The notes under the pieces are model-generated. The model was not told where the DNA came from. It worked only from the letters and a program-made list of their open reading frames with translations, and did no database searches. This document shows positions 26,396 through 39,414 of a DNA stretch of 64,000 bases, piece after piece (within the stretch, counting starts at the first letter, position 1; every line of letters begins with the position of its first letter). The stretch comes from Malacoraja senta (lineage: Eukaryota). Location: positions 15,006,001 to 15,070,000 of the forward strand of contig CM075988.1 in assembly GCA_038087875.1 (NCBI GenBank). The letters run 5' to 3'. Both the position numbers and the translations under genes were made by a program.

Positions 26396-27228
26396 ACTGA
26401 ATACTATTGTATCTGGTCCTCAGCTGTAATTGGTGTAACTAGAATGAGGTTGTAGATTTTCAATTTAAAAGTTTAGGTTAGGTATGCAATTTGTCTATTT
26501 TATTTCAATTTAGGATTGTTTTAATTAATTAACATTTTCATGAGTTCTTTGTTTTTATTTTTAATACTTTTCCTACATTTTTCAACACTTTCAAAATATC
26601 ACTGATCATCAGAGGTATTTAAATGGAATAAGGTTTTCTGAAGCGCAATGCATCAGCAGTGTGTTGGGAGCTGGGTGGCAATAAAATCTTTTGTGCAATT
26701 GTGGGGCTAATGCAGACAGTCGTCACAGGGTATGGGTTGGGAACAGGATGAACTGGCCCAATGGTACACCTACTGACATCGGTGCACTAGAAAATTAGCT
26801 GAGTTGTTCAATATCAAATCACTTTGCCCTCCATTTGCCTTTATTTTTTATAGTCAGAAGTTGCCCAGTGTAGGAGAGTATGAACCAGAATACATAACAC
26901 AACAAGGAAACTGACATAGAACAGGCTCCTATAATAGGAAAGGAGTTGAGCCATTGAGCCCTTCAAGGCAGTAGAGGAGCACATTCATTGTGATGGTCGA
27001 ACTGTTCATCGTCGTTTATGCTTAGCTCCATAGTTTACACTAATGCTTTCATACACAAATCTGCCCAAGTTTAATAATTCATGGAATGGCAATACAATAT
27101 TTAAGTGGCCATGCACACTTATCAGACCATAATGTTGCTTCTCCTTTTACGCATGATATGATCGAAGTAACAACATTGTTTTGGAGCAGAGCAAAATATA
27201 TTTAGCAACAAGTGTTTCATTGAGTGCT

Positions 27229-27578
27229 CAAAAGGATACAAAGTGCTGGAGTCTGGCAGCATCTCTGGAGAACATGGGTAGATGATGTGTATGAAGGAAT
27301 TGCCAGATGGTGGTTTTAACCAAAGATAGACGCAAAATACTTGAGTAACTCAGAAGGAATGGGTGACGTTTCGGGTTGAGACCCTTCTTCAGCCTGACGT
27401 ATATGGGTGGGTGATGTGTCGGGTTGAGACCCTCTTCATACTTTGAGTCTAAGGACGGGTCTCGACCCGAAACATCGCCTTATCATACTCTCCTGAAATG
27501 CTGCCTGACCTGTTGAATTACTCCAGCACTTTGCATCCTTTTTGTGTATAAACCAGCATCTGCAGTTCCTTTCTACAT
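27229..27578. mobile_element. Nested Penelope-derived repeats with 14-bp TSD TTTCATTGAGTGCT; intact minus-strand hammerhead core at 27365-27392
   Basis: TSD at 27215-27228 and 27579-27592; CTGAAGA AGGGT CTCA ACCC GAAAC GTC on -. Confidence 0.85.
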
Positions 27579-28262
27579 TTTCATTGAGTGCTGTTATGAT
27601 TTAACACAGGTACTGAAATGTTACAGCTATTTCCTAGCAGTAATGAAGATAATGGGACATACTGAGGTTTATAGACTAGGAATGATAAAAGTAGAATAAT
27701 TTATGAGTAGGTACATGTGGCTAAAAAGCAACAGTGCCCATGAAATGGTCAAGAGTTTCTTCAACTCCCCTGGAGATTTACTATGAAGGAGAGCTTCAGG
27801 AAAAAACATGCTGTCACTGTTCTCGACCTCCCTGTAGCTGAAATAGCTAATTAGCTCTCTTGTTGATTCCAGTGTTAAGCCATCAGATTCTAAATCCAGG
27901 AGCCTAGGATTTGTAGGTAGATATGATCTTTATATCCTCTAACTCTTCATTAATTTCCTTATATTTTGCCTTCACTACAATTAACCAAGAATTAATTCTG
28001 CTCCTACTCTTATCAACTTGCACAATTGCCGATGAATCAGCAGAACAAAGAAAATGGTATGAGCTAAGTCTGGGTGGGCAGAAATCATTTGGAGTTAGTG
28101 AGACGGAGAGAGAATTAAACTTGCATCCTTTCTTGGCATGTCATGGGTACTGTGCCCTCTAATCTGGTGCCAGCACTGTGCCCTCAACTTCATCCACATC
28201 TCCCAGTGAGTGAAATGTCTCCCTGCAACTCTGGCTGGATCATTAATAACCCGCCTTTTCCT

Positions 28263-28540
28263 TTAGTTTAGTTTAATGTCACGTAGACCGAGGTACAGTG
28301 AAAAGCCTTTGTGTGCTAACCAGTCAGTGGAAAGGCTATACATGATTACAATCGAGCCATCCACAGTGTACAGATACAGGATAAAGGAAATAACGTTTAG
28401 TGCAAGATAATGCCCAGTAAAGTCTAATTAAAGATAGTCCGAGGGTCTCCAATGAGGTTGATATTAGCTCAGGACCGTACTCAAGTTGTTGCTGGGATAG
28501 TTCAGTTGCTGGATAACACCTGGAAATAAACTGACCCCTG
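28263..28540 (-). mobile_element. Rex1/Babar-type LINE 3' end (same family as 35462-36330 and 49688-49786)
   Basis: Shared gtcacgt.gaccgaggtacagtgaaaagc 3'UTR and (TAAAC)n tail. Confidence 0.75.
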
Positions 28541-28645
28541 TACATGACTATTGTACATGTTACTATTGTGTCAGTGATGATTGAATAAAGATTGTTAATT
28601 GAGTGTCTTTCACAGGACAGGAAGGGACTTAAAAGTTCTCCATAA

Positions 28646-28955
28646 GGTGGCACAGTGGCGCGGGAGTAGAATTGCTGCCTTACAGCGCCAGAGACGCGGG
28701 TTCAATCCTGACTACGGTTGCTGACTGTACGGTGTTTGTACGTTCTCCTCGTGACCTGCGTGCCATTTCTCCAGGATCTCCGGTTTCCTCCCTCACTCCA
28801 AAGATGTACAGGTTTGTAGGTTGATTGGCTTGATATAATTGTAAATTGTCCCTAGTGTGTGTAGGATAGTGTTAGTGTGCGGGGATCGCTGGTCGATGTG
28901 ACTGCAGTGGCTCGAAGGGCATGTTTCTGCACTGTATCTCTGAACTAAACTAAAA
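28646..28955 (+). mobile_element. Full-length HE1/V-SINE-like tRNA-derived SINE
   Basis: Pol III A box (TGGCACAGTGG), B box (GGTTCAATCC), core ctccggtttcctccc..ctccaaaga, CR1-like 3' end and (AACTA)n tail. Confidence 0.88.
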
Positions 28956-29089
28956 ACTGAACTGTTGAGGAAAAAGCAGATGATGGACAAAGTAAAGAGA
29001 AGGTGAAACACTGGTGATGTTGATGAGGAATATATGAAGCTGGAATCCAACCATGTCCCTTGGAATTAGATCTCATGTTCCTGTGTCTT

Positions 29090-29636
29090 TTCTGTACGGA
29101 GTTTGTGTGTTCTCCCAGTGACCTGCGGGGATTTTCGCCAAGATCTTCGATTTCTGCCCACACTCCAAAGACGTACAGGGTCGTAGGTTAAGGGCCTGTC
29201 CCACTGTACGAGGTAATTCAAGAGCTCTCCCGAGTTTAAAAAAAATCAAACTCGTGGTAAGTACGTAGAATATACGTAGCGGCTACGTCGGAGCTCGTGG
29301 ATGTCTCATAGCGGCTCATAATGCTAATGGCAGGTACTCGGGAAACGCGGTAACTCGTGAAGTTTTTTCAGCACTGTGAAAAATGTCCACGAGAGCCCCG
29401 AGTACCTACAAACGGCTATTACCATAATTCTCCGAGTTTGAATCAGGGGAAACTCGGGAGAACTCTTGAATTACCTCGTACAGTGGGACAGGCCCTTTAA
29501 TTGGCTAGGTATAAAAATGTTATTAAAAAATTGTCCCCAATGCATGCAAGGTAGTGTTAATGTGCAAGTATTCGGTGACTCGGTGGGCCGAAGGGCCTGT
29601 TTCCGCACTGTATCTCTAAACTAAACTAAACTAAAC
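29090..29636 (+). mobile_element. HE1/V-SINE-like copy split by a MITE
   Basis: The halves rejoin as gtaggTTAattggct. Confidence 0.8.
29191..29496. mobile_element. PIF/Harbinger-type MITE (306 bp), TSD TTA
   Basis: ~47-bp TIRs AGGGCCTGTCCCACTGTACGAGGTAATTCAAGAG..; TTA on both sides. Confidence 0.9.
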
Positions 29637-31026
29637 CTGGTCAGCTTAGTGAGGCGAAACAGCAGGGTTTTAATGTAGAGAATTGCAACAACGTGGAATA
29701 TCCAACTGAATAGAGAGGGAAGCTGAATCAATAACTAGGCAAGTAGTTGTTAAAGAAAATTAATATGTGTCTAAGGGGACTGGAAATAAAATGTATTCTA
29801 GCTTTAAGTGATGGCGTAACAGTGGTTAATTTACTAGGCAGATGTCCAGACACCTACACTGAGTGGTTGACTCCCAGGACAACAGCTACGGAATTTAAAT
29901 TAACGTAATTAAGTAAATCTGGAATGATATAACAGTAATCACGAAACCACCAGATTATTGTAAAAACCCATCTGGCTCATTAGCCTTCTTACCTGTCTGG
30001 TCTCTGTAGCTCTGGACCCACCAATATTGTTGATGCTCAACTTAGGGGCAATAAAGGATGGACAATAAATGTTGGTCTTGTCAGCAGTGTTCATATCCCA
30101 TGAAGGTATAACTGAAAAAGAATGAAGTGCAGCTCAGATTCCTCCTCTAGTCCACAAAAGCATTACAAGGGTTGCAAACCAATGAGCACTGGTACAGGTA
30201 AACTTTTACATTGATTCTTATTTTGTAGTTTGAAACTGCGGTTGGGATTGGCAAGAATGCAATGAACAGAAATTTGGAAATTATTTATAAAGAGAGCACA
30301 CTGTGAACAGTTGCATTCATCTTTGCAGTCCCACTGAATTTCTATGAACACCGAGTTATTGATAACTACTTATTGACAAGATATTTAGTGTTAATTATGG
30401 TAGACACTGACTTTTAACAGTTTTTTACTTTCTGTAAAAAAATCTTTGTTTCATTAATAATAATGAAGTGATCTTTTTCGATGTTTCTGTGCCATTTGTA
30501 TAAACCAAGGAGATATGGCTAGTATTGGGAACCAGAGTAAGGCCAGGATATTAAACAACTTAACATAATACAATGCTTAATGACCAACTGCTCTTCATAA
30601 ATTGGTCTATAGAGGCACTGGATTGCTGGATGAGAGTACTTTTCCAAAATACATAAAAGCCAGAGACGTGATGTCAAGTAGGCTTTGGGAGTATGCTACA
30701 AGCTAGAGAAAGACAGGGTCATCAACATTATTCCAAATTTCTCCTCGGGCAAGTAATCCAGATGAACATGGAGAAAGCTCCTGTCACAATACTATAATGA
30801 GCAAGGATTACAAAGGAAACAAGGAAACTATATAAATGCCTCAGTTCCCTTCAGGTACATGTCAACACACTACACAAACAGTATTGTACCATCTACAAAG
30901 TGCATTGCAGATACTTAGCTCAGCTACTCCAACACCAACTCCCAAACCCACAGCCTCTACACCCAAGATGGCAAGAACAAAAAAATGCATGGGTACATCA
31001 CCATTTGTAGATTCTCCTTCTATTAA

Positions 31027-31346
31027 AGGCCCTGTCCCACTTTCCCGAGTTACTCTCGAACTCTCCCGAGTTTTCCCCTTGATTCGAACTCTGGGGAATT
31101 ACGGTAATAGCCATTTGTAGGTACTCGGGGCTATTTTTTTAACTCGTGGACATTTTTCAACATGTTGAAAAAACGTCCCGACTTACCTGATGCCCCGAGT
31201 TCCTACGGCTGGCATTACGAGCCGCTACAAAACATCTATGGACTCCTACGGCCTCCTACGAGCTCGCTACCAACATTCCCCGAGTTCGAATCAAGGGGAA
31301 AACTCTGGAGAGTTCGTGAGTAACTCGGGAAAGTGGGACAGGGCCT
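31027..31346. mobile_element. PIF/Harbinger-type MITE (320 bp), TSD TAA
   Basis: TIRs AGGCCCTGTCCCACTTTCCCGAGTTACTC; TAA at 31024-31026 and 31347-31349. Confidence 0.9.
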
Positions 31347-31884
31347 TAAGGCACACAGATCTAACCAAAAAATATATCACCATCCCTTTAGCACCTCTGG
31401 GTCAAAATCTTGGAACTCCCTTCCCAAAGCACATATGGAATACATTCACAAGAATGATTGAAGCTGTTCAGAATCGTATCTCAGGGACAATTAAGGATAA
31501 GCAATAAATGCTAATTTCCTGACAAATAAAGCAGTATAGGGCATAGAAACTATGGAATCATTCTTGATACCAAGGCAGGCATATTCAAATTGAATGAAGT
31601 ATGACATTGTCTTCAGAGGAGAGATAAGCACTGTCCTTGAGTAGAATTGCAGCAGATTAACTAGTTAAGGGAATCAAATAATAAAAAACAGGCTATCATT
31701 CATTTGAATGTAAACCAATTAACCAGCCACCGGATGATGTCTATGTACTGTTTAAAGTTGTGAGAATTTGCATTTCATCCTTGTTCCTCATGCTTGTTGC
31801 TCTGTATGTTGTTTACTGTTATTCCTGCTTTCGTGTAGTGCTACTTCCCCATGCCAATTATGTCCTTTCCTTACTGTATTTCAG

Positions 31885-31994
31885 GGTAGGAAACCTGGTT
31901 ATTTTTCCTTCCTGGACCCTTTCTCTCCTGGTGTTTGGTTCTTCATGGTGCTTGCCTATCTTGCAGTCAGTTGTGTTCTCTTCCTTGTAGCCAG
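31885..31994 (+). CDS. GRIK4: GluK4 exon (pre-M1/M1)
   Basis: tttcAG|...|GTATAG; 110 nt, phase 0/2; [36 protein letters not shown](R). Confidence 0.96.
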
Positions 31995-32316
31995 GTATAG
32001 TCACTTGGGACTCCTGTGAAACCATTGTTTGTTTTAAGTTCTGTATGTACATGAGCATGTTGATGCATTTATTATTGTTTGCAACTCCTAATGTTGGTTA
32101 AAGTAGCCGATCTAATTAAATCACATCTAATAAAACAAGTGCAAAGGAGCTTAATAATTTGTATAGATTTGAGGATTGTTTTTAGTTAGTAACGAAGGAA
32201 ACTCAGAATTAATAAAAAAAAACTGATGGCTTTTGACTAGTTTGATACTAAACAATGTATGATACACATTCTTAATGGGACTCTCTGTATTTTAGATGAA
32301 ATGATTTATTTTGCAG

Positions 32317-32490
32317 GTTATCTCCGTATGAGTGGTATAACCCTCAGCCTTGCTTTAAAGGAAAATGCAATGTGTTGGTGAATCAATACTCATTAGGGAA
32401 CAGCCTTTGGTTTCCAGTGGGTGGCTTCATGCAGCAAGGATCAGAGATTATGCCCCGAGCACTTTCCACTCGCTGTGTTAGTGGAGTATG
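32317..32490 (+). CDS. GRIK4: GluK4 exon (M2 pore loop; Q/R-site codon CAG at 32432-32434)
   Basis: ttgcAG|...|GTAAGA; 174 nt, phase 2/2; [57 protein letters not shown](W). Confidence 0.96.
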
Positions 32491-32929
32491 GTAAGAAAGA
32501 TAGCACCTGTTAAATATAATCTTGGAACATATTGTATCTGGCAAAGTGCTCTTCAGAGATGTTTATCAGCCACTAATGTTTAAGTAAAACTGTTTTTCTC
32601 AGGTTCTAAACAGGCAGCTTTGATTCCCACAGATATTTTAATATTTAAGTTTAAATAATTATTTGGAACCTTGTTTCAGTAATAGAAATTCAAATATTGC
32701 TGGTGCAGCAGTGAAAATGGAAATATGGGACTCGGGGATGGGAGATGAATGCATGGAGGAGGGGGAAAGAAACAGCCCTGCTACTATTGCCTTGATACTC
32801 TTATCCCAGCCACCCCCCACCACAGTGTGCACACATTGCTCTCATTATCGCCCCCCTCTGTAAAGTCACCCCACTCCTTTCCCCTCACCTGTACGGCCAC
32901 CTCCCAGATGGGGTCCCATATTTCTCTTT

Positions 32930-33385
32930 TATGCCCCCTTCTTTCCCCTCCTTCCTATCCCCTTCCATCCAATGTTTCATTTTCACCTCGCACTTTTGTC
33001 ACTTGTCCCAGCCATCTGCCAATCAGCTCCCCTTCCTAGTATCCACCTATTACTTGCCAAGTTTTGCCCACCTCCACCTCCCTTTTCCACTTTTCTCCCC
33101 CCCCTCCCCCCTTTTCATCAGTCTGAAGAAACGTTATCCATTTTCAAGAGAGAGTAAGATTTAGCTCTTGGGGCTAAAGGAATCAAGGGATATGGGGAAA
33201 AACAGGAACGGGGTACTGATTTTAGATGATCAGCAATGATCATATTGAATGGCGGTGCTCGCTCAAAAGGCCAAATGGCCTATTCCTGCACCTATTTTTC
33301 TATGTTTCTATTCCCTATATAGATGCTGCTCTGACATGCTAAATTCCTCCAGAATTTTTATTGCTCAAGATCCCAGCATCTGCAG
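32930..33385 (+). mobile_element. Penelope-like 3' remnant with a nested CR1 3' end (33143-33311)
   Basis: Pyrimidine-rich tract, cagtctgaaga, CR1 3'UTR, then the pLTR resumes. Confidence 0.7.
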
Positions 33386-34859
33386 TTACTTATATATTCC
33401 TTGCAAATAATGAATAAAGTTATTAAAAGTAAAGTTTCCATGTATGTGGAAGAATTTAAATTGTAGACTGAGCATGGAATGAAGATTGGACAAGTTGATG
33501 GAAAATGCCATTGAATGAGAAAAATGTAACCTATAATGGGAAAGAGGGTCTGAATTAGAACGTAAATATTGAATGGAAGAGTTGTACAGCTTTCTCTTCA
33601 CATTAGGGACATAGGAGTTAACTGTTTAATGTATCAGACTGCCAGATAACCACAATAGACACAAGTAGGTTTCCAGGCATTGTTGCTGTTTTTATTATGA
33701 CCCAGGCTGCACCCTATGTTGAGTGGTGTGTCTGAGCTTAGTATAAATATCGTGCTGTCCTTGTGAAGATACAATGCATTCTTGAAGATGAAAATTGGCA
33801 GGGCAACAAAATGGGTGGAATCACATCTGCTCGCTGCCAGGACAGATTTAATGAGACACCTTGAGATAGTGTGTACAAGCTTTCAAAAAGTGATAAAATA
33901 CAACAAAGGTAAACGTGCTATCAAAATGAAAGTCTACACGATTAAAGGAGAGGCAGCACTGATATGAAATTGGTTGATAGAAAAGAACTGATAAATGTGA
34001 ATAGATGTTTTCAGACTGGGGAGAAGTGTACAGAAGTTACTGGAAAGACAGAATTACTTTTTACAAGCATTGCCAATCTGTCCTTGGGCATACAGGGCTT
34101 AATTACAAAGTTTTGACGTAATGACGTAAGGAGGAGGATAATAACATTCTTCAAGTGCACATTGACTAGGGTAAAATTGGCCGATGCATGCCAAATGAAA
34201 TTTAATACATAGAGGATTGATGTGATGAATTTTGGAAGGAATAATAAAAAACAAATAAGTAAAGTAGAACAATTTTAAAATAGATAGGGGAGGAGAGAGG
34301 CCTAAAGGTATATGTAGTGTTGAAATTTCCATTCATACATGCCTTTAGTACCTCCAGATTTGACATTTCCAGTGGTACAAAGTTTATGTTACTAGACAAA
34401 CAGCCACAGGCTTATGCCATTGGTCTTGAGGGGTAAGTTTTCCAATTGCAAAATTAATTTAAGTATATTGCCAATATTGCCAGTGGTTGAATAAATAAAA
34501 ATAATCTTTAATGCAGCAGATTAAGTTGATAAACCTGCGTAAAAAGGATTATGAAGAAACAATCCTTAAATTAAAGTGCAATCTTCGGAAAGAAATAGCT
34601 GGTCATAACAATAGCTATGAAACCTCCGAACTGACAACAACCCATCAGATTCACTAATGTCATTCAAAGTAGGTAAATCTGCTGTCCGTTACAAATTCGA
34701 ACATCTAGTAATTCTTCACTGTCTCCACCATTCAATGAGAATTAAGTGGACAATAAATGCCAATATTGCCAGTGATTGAATAAATAAAAAATAATTTGTA
34801 TGGCATCAGAGTAATTAAGTTGATAAACCTGTGTAAAAAGGATTTTGAAGAAACAATGC

Positions 34860-35330
34860 CTCCTCCATACCAGAGTGATGCCACATGCTAACCAGAGGAA
34901 CAGTGGCCCATATTCTGTTTGGGTAACTTACAACCCAACGGTATGAACAATTAATTTTCCAATTTTGGGTAATTTCCTCTCTCTTCCCTGTGCACAACCA
35001 TTTCTCCTACTAGCCCATCCCTGTTCTCCAACCCCCATCCCCTTCCACCTATATCCCTTCCTCTGGCTTCACATTTCACTCCTCTTCTCTCTTTATCGTA
35101 CACCCTTTTGTCCTCTTTATAATTCTAACCTTTGCCCGCTCATCTGCCAATCCAACCCCCTTCACCTGTATCCATGTATCACTTGCCAGACTTTGTCCCG
35201 ATCCCACCTCTTTCCCAGCTTTCTCTCCCCTACCATAATCAGTCTCAGGAAGGATCCCGACATAAAATGTGGCTTATCCATGTTCTCCAGAGATGCTGCC
35301 TGTTACTGCAGCACATTGTGTTTTGATAAA
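34860..35330 (+). mobile_element. Penelope-like 3' remnant
   Basis: EEQWPIFCLGNLQPNGMN (GIY-YIG C-terminal end) followed by a pyrimidine tract and pLTR. Confidence 0.7.
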
Positions 35331-35461
35331 AGGATAGTGATTGTGTAGAGCACAAAAGTAAGGAAATTATACCAAACTGTAGTAAATACTGGTTAGGCTT
35401 CTGATGGAGCTTGTTTTTCACAATTATAGAATTCATATTTTAGGAACGATAACAGGGTCTT

Positions 35462-36330
35462 ATTTAGTTTATTATTTAGTTTATTGTCACGTGTACCGAG
35501 GTACAGTGAAAAGCTTTTTTGTTGCATGCTATCCAGTCAGCGAAAAGATAATACATAATTACAATCCTGTCCACAGTGTACAGATACATGAAAAAGGGTA
35601 TTACATTTAGTACAAGATAAAGTCCAGTAAAGTCCAATTAAAAATAGTTCAAAGGTCTCCAGTGGGGAAGATCGGAGGTCAGGACTGCTCTCAAGTCGGT
35701 GAGATGACGGTTCAGTTGCCTGATAGCAGCTGGGATGAAGCTCTCTCAGAATCTGGAGGTATGCGTTTTCAAACTTCTGTACCTCTTGCCTGATGGGAGA
35801 GGGGAGAAGAGGGAGTAACCAAGGTGAGACTGGTCCTTGATTATGCTGGTGGCCTTGCCGAGGCAGCATGAGCTGTAGATGGAGTCAATGGAGGGGAGTT
35901 TGGTTTGTGTGATGGACTAGGTTGCATCAACAACTCTCTGCAATGTCTTGCGATCTTGGATTGAGCTATTTCCAAACCATGATGTGATGCATCCCAATAA
36001 AATACTTTCCACGGTGCAACTGTGGACGTTGGTGAGAGTTGTCGGGGATCTGCCGAACTTCTTAAGCCTTCTAAGAAAATAGAGGAAATTGTGTGTTTTA
36101 TTGGCCAATTCTCCAAAGTGGCCGGTCCAGGACAAATTGCTGATGATATTTATTTCTAAGAACTTGAATCTATCAACCATCTCTACCTTGGCGCCATCAA
36201 TGTACACCCGGGGTATGTGTGCCACTTCATTTCTTGAAGTCGATGACAATCTCCTTTGTCTTGCTGACATTGAGGGAGAGGTTGTTGTCTTGTGACCAGG
36301 TTCTCATGTTCTCCATCTCATCATTGTTGA
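35462..36330 (-). mobile_element. Rex1/Babar LINE 3' fragment
   Basis: ORF 35917-36270: LYFLRRLKKFG...CTVESILLGCITSWFGN. Confidence 0.88.
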
Positions 36331-36747
36331 TATCCGGCCCACTACGTCTGCAATTTGGAGGTGGTAGAAAAGAAATGGACTGGAATTGTAGCTTGTTTGA
36401 GGAACTTGATTTCTGTGCAAATATGGAGAAACTGAGGTATTGGCTTTAGAGCAGTCAGAATCAAACATGATTTGGCAGAGGTCCTCTAAATCTCAAAGCT
36501 CTTTAGAGTAAATAAAGAGAAACTGTTCTTGGTGACAGAGTCAGTAATCAAAGGTGATCGGCTAAAGAACCAGAGGCTACACAAGACCACTTAATTATAG
36601 TCAAGTCCAGTCGAGTTTATTCTCATAGGCACAAGTAGGGTGAGGTACAGGTGCAGTAAAAACCTTGCTTCCAGCGTTATTAGCACATAAAGCAAGGTGG
36701 TGAGATTACAAATAGAGGGAGCTGGAGCTTACTGGGCTAGGTGCTCA

Positions 36748-38949
36748 CATAGAAACATAGAAACATAGAAATTAGGTGCAGGAGTAGGCCATTCGGCCCT
36801 TCGAGCCTGCACCGCCATTCAATATGATCATGGCTGATCATCCAACTCAGTATCCCGTACCTGCCTTCTCTCCATACCCTCTGATCCCTTTAGCCACAAG
36901 GGCCACATCTAACTCCCTCTTAAATATAGCCAATGAACTGGCCTCGACTACCCTCTGTGGCAGAGAGTTCCAGAGATTCACCACTCTCTGTGTGAAAAAA
37001 GTTCTTCTCATCTCGGTTTTAAAGGATTTCCCCCTTATCCTTAAGCTGTGACCCCTTGTCCTGGACTTCCCCAACATCGGGAGCAATCTTCCTGCATCTA
37101 GCCTGTCCAACCCCTTAAGAATTTTGTAAGTTTCTATAAGATCCCCTCTCAATCTCCTAAATTCTAGAGAGTATAAACCAAGTCTATCCAGTCTTTCTTC
37201 ATAAGACAGTCCTGACATCCCAGGAATCAGTCTGGTGAACCTTCTCTGCACTCCCTCTATGGCAATAATGTCCTTCCTCAGATTTGGAGACCAAAACTGT
37301 ACGCAATACTCCAGGTGTGGTCTCACCAAGACCCTGTACAACTGCAGTAGAACCTCCCTGCTCCTATACTCAAATCCTTTTGCTATGAAAGCTAACATAC
37401 CATTCGCTTTCTTCACTGCCTGCTGCACCTGTATGCCTACTTTCAATGACTGGTGTACCATGACACCCAGGTCTCGCTGCATCTCCCCTTTTCCTAGTCG
37501 GCCACCATTTAGATAATAGTCTGCTTTCCTGTTTTTGCCACCAAAATGGATAACCTCACATTTATCCACATTATACTGCATCTGCCAAACATTTGCCCAC
37601 TCACCCAGCCTATCCAAGTCACCTTGCAGTCTCCTAGCATCCTCCTCACAGCTAACACTGCCCCCCAGCTTAGTGTCATCCGCAAACTTGGAGATATTGC
37701 CTTCAATTCCCTCATCCAGGTCATTAATATATATTGTAAATAGCTGGGGTCCCAGCACTGAGCCTTGCGGTACCCCACTAGTCACTGCCTGCCATTGTGA
37801 AAAGGACCCGTTTACTCCTACTCTTTGCTTCCTGTTTGCCAGCCAGTTCTCTATCCACATCAATACTGAACCCCCAATGCCATGTGCTTTAAGTTTGTAT
37901 ACTAATCTCTTATGTGGGACCTTGTCGAAAGCCTTCTGGAAGTCCAGATACACCACATCCACTGGTTCTCCCTTATCCACGCTACTAGTTACATCCTCGA
38001 AAAATTCTATTAGATTCGTCAGACATGATTTACCTTTCGTAAATCCATGCTGACTTTGTCCAATGATTTCACCACTTTCCAAATGTGCTGCTATCCCATC
38101 TTTAATAACTGACTCTAGCAGTTTCCCCACTACCGATGTTGGACTAACTGGTCTGTAATTCCCCGTTTTCTCTCTCCCTCCCTTCTTAAAAAGTGGGGTT
38201 ACGTTTGCTACCCGCCAATCCTCAGGAACTACTCCAGAATCTAAAGAGTTTTGAAAGATTATTACTAATGCATCCACTATTTCTGGAGCTACTTCCTTAA
38301 GTACTCTGGGATGCAGCCTATCTGGCCCTGGGGATTTATCGGCCTTTAATCCATTCAATTTACCCAAAACCACTTCCCGACTAACCTGGATTTCACTCAA
38401 TTCCTCCAACTCCTTTGACCCGCGGTCTCCTGCTATTTCCGGCAGATTATTTATGTCTTCCTTAGTGAAGACGGAACCAAAGTAGTTATTCAATTGGTCC
38501 GCCATATCCTTGTTCCCCATGATCAACTCACCTGTTTCTGACTGCAAGGGACCTACATTTGTTTTAACTAATCTCTTTCTTTTTACATATCTATAAAAAC
38601 TTTTGCAGTCAGTTTTTATGTTCCCTGCCAGTTTTCTTTCATAATCTATTTTTCCTTTCCTAATTAAGCCCTTTGTCCTCCTCTGCTGGTTTCTGAATTT
38701 CTCCCAGTCCTCCGGTGTGCTGCTTTTTCTGGCTAATTTGTACGCATCATCCTTCGCTTTGATACCATCCCTGATTTCCCTTGTTATCCACGGATGCACT
38801 ACCTTCCCTGATTTATTCTTTTGCCAAACTGGGATGAACAATTTTTGTAGTTCATCCATGCAGTCTTTAAATGTCTTCCATTGCATGTCCACCGTCAACC
38901 CTTTTAGAATTAATTGCCAGTCAATCTTGGCCAATTCACGTCTCATCAA
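36748..38949 (-). mobile_element. Young 5'-truncated CR1 LINE with an uninterrupted 700-aa ORF2 fragment (RT domain)
   Basis: ORF 36847-38949: KSPGPD, NYRPVS, YLDFQKAFDKV, GVPQGSVLGP, KFADDTK; (TTTCTATG)3 tail at 36748-36771. Confidence 0.97.
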
Positions 38950-39248
38950 CTGAATATTCAGCTTCCTTCATCTTCAAAACTTTGACAGGAAATTCTTGCT
39001 TAGGACAATAACAAAAATTGTAACAGTTGAGCAATGGGAGAAAATCTTATGGATTATTCAGGACTCTTCAAAGTTATTACAGGAATTAGTCTTTATAAAC
39101 TATAAGGAACTGCTGATTTACATTATCATTAATACGATCTGTTTTGTAGTCTGAAACCAAGGAAGCGACTCCTACCAATTCAGATGTCAGTGCTTTTTAC
39201 CAGACTTTATATTTCAATTGCCTGATTATTGTTTTAATTTCTCGTCAG

Positions 39249-39414
39249 GTGGGCTTTTACACTCATCATCATATCATCGTACACAGCCAATCTGGCTGCT
39301 TTCCTCACAGTACAAAGAATGGACGTGCCAATAGAATCAGTTGATGACCTTGCTGACCAGACAAACATTGCATATGGAACAATGCAGGGAGGATCAAGCA
39401 TGACCTTCTTCCAG
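39249..39414 (+). CDS. GRIK4: GluK4 exon (M3 gate SYTANLAAF, start of S2)
   Basis: cgtcAG|...|GTACAG; 166 nt, phase 2/0; [55 protein letters not shown]. Confidence 0.97.

Noticed and set aside
28646..28720. tRNA gene
   Set aside because: The A/B boxes belong to a SINE head that continues into SINE core and tail; no full cloverleaf.
32432..32434. Q/R-site RNA editing of the pore-loop CAG codon
   Set aside because: The codon is editable in principle, but GluK4/5 are not known to be Q/R edited and I saw no exon-complementary sequence in the downstream intron by eye.
37235..38953. Plus-strand ORFs over the CR1 (also 42311-43251 on -, 8687-9211, 23099-23392)
   Set aside because: They are antisense or alternative frames of CR1 ORF2 that recur in each copy; not host genes.
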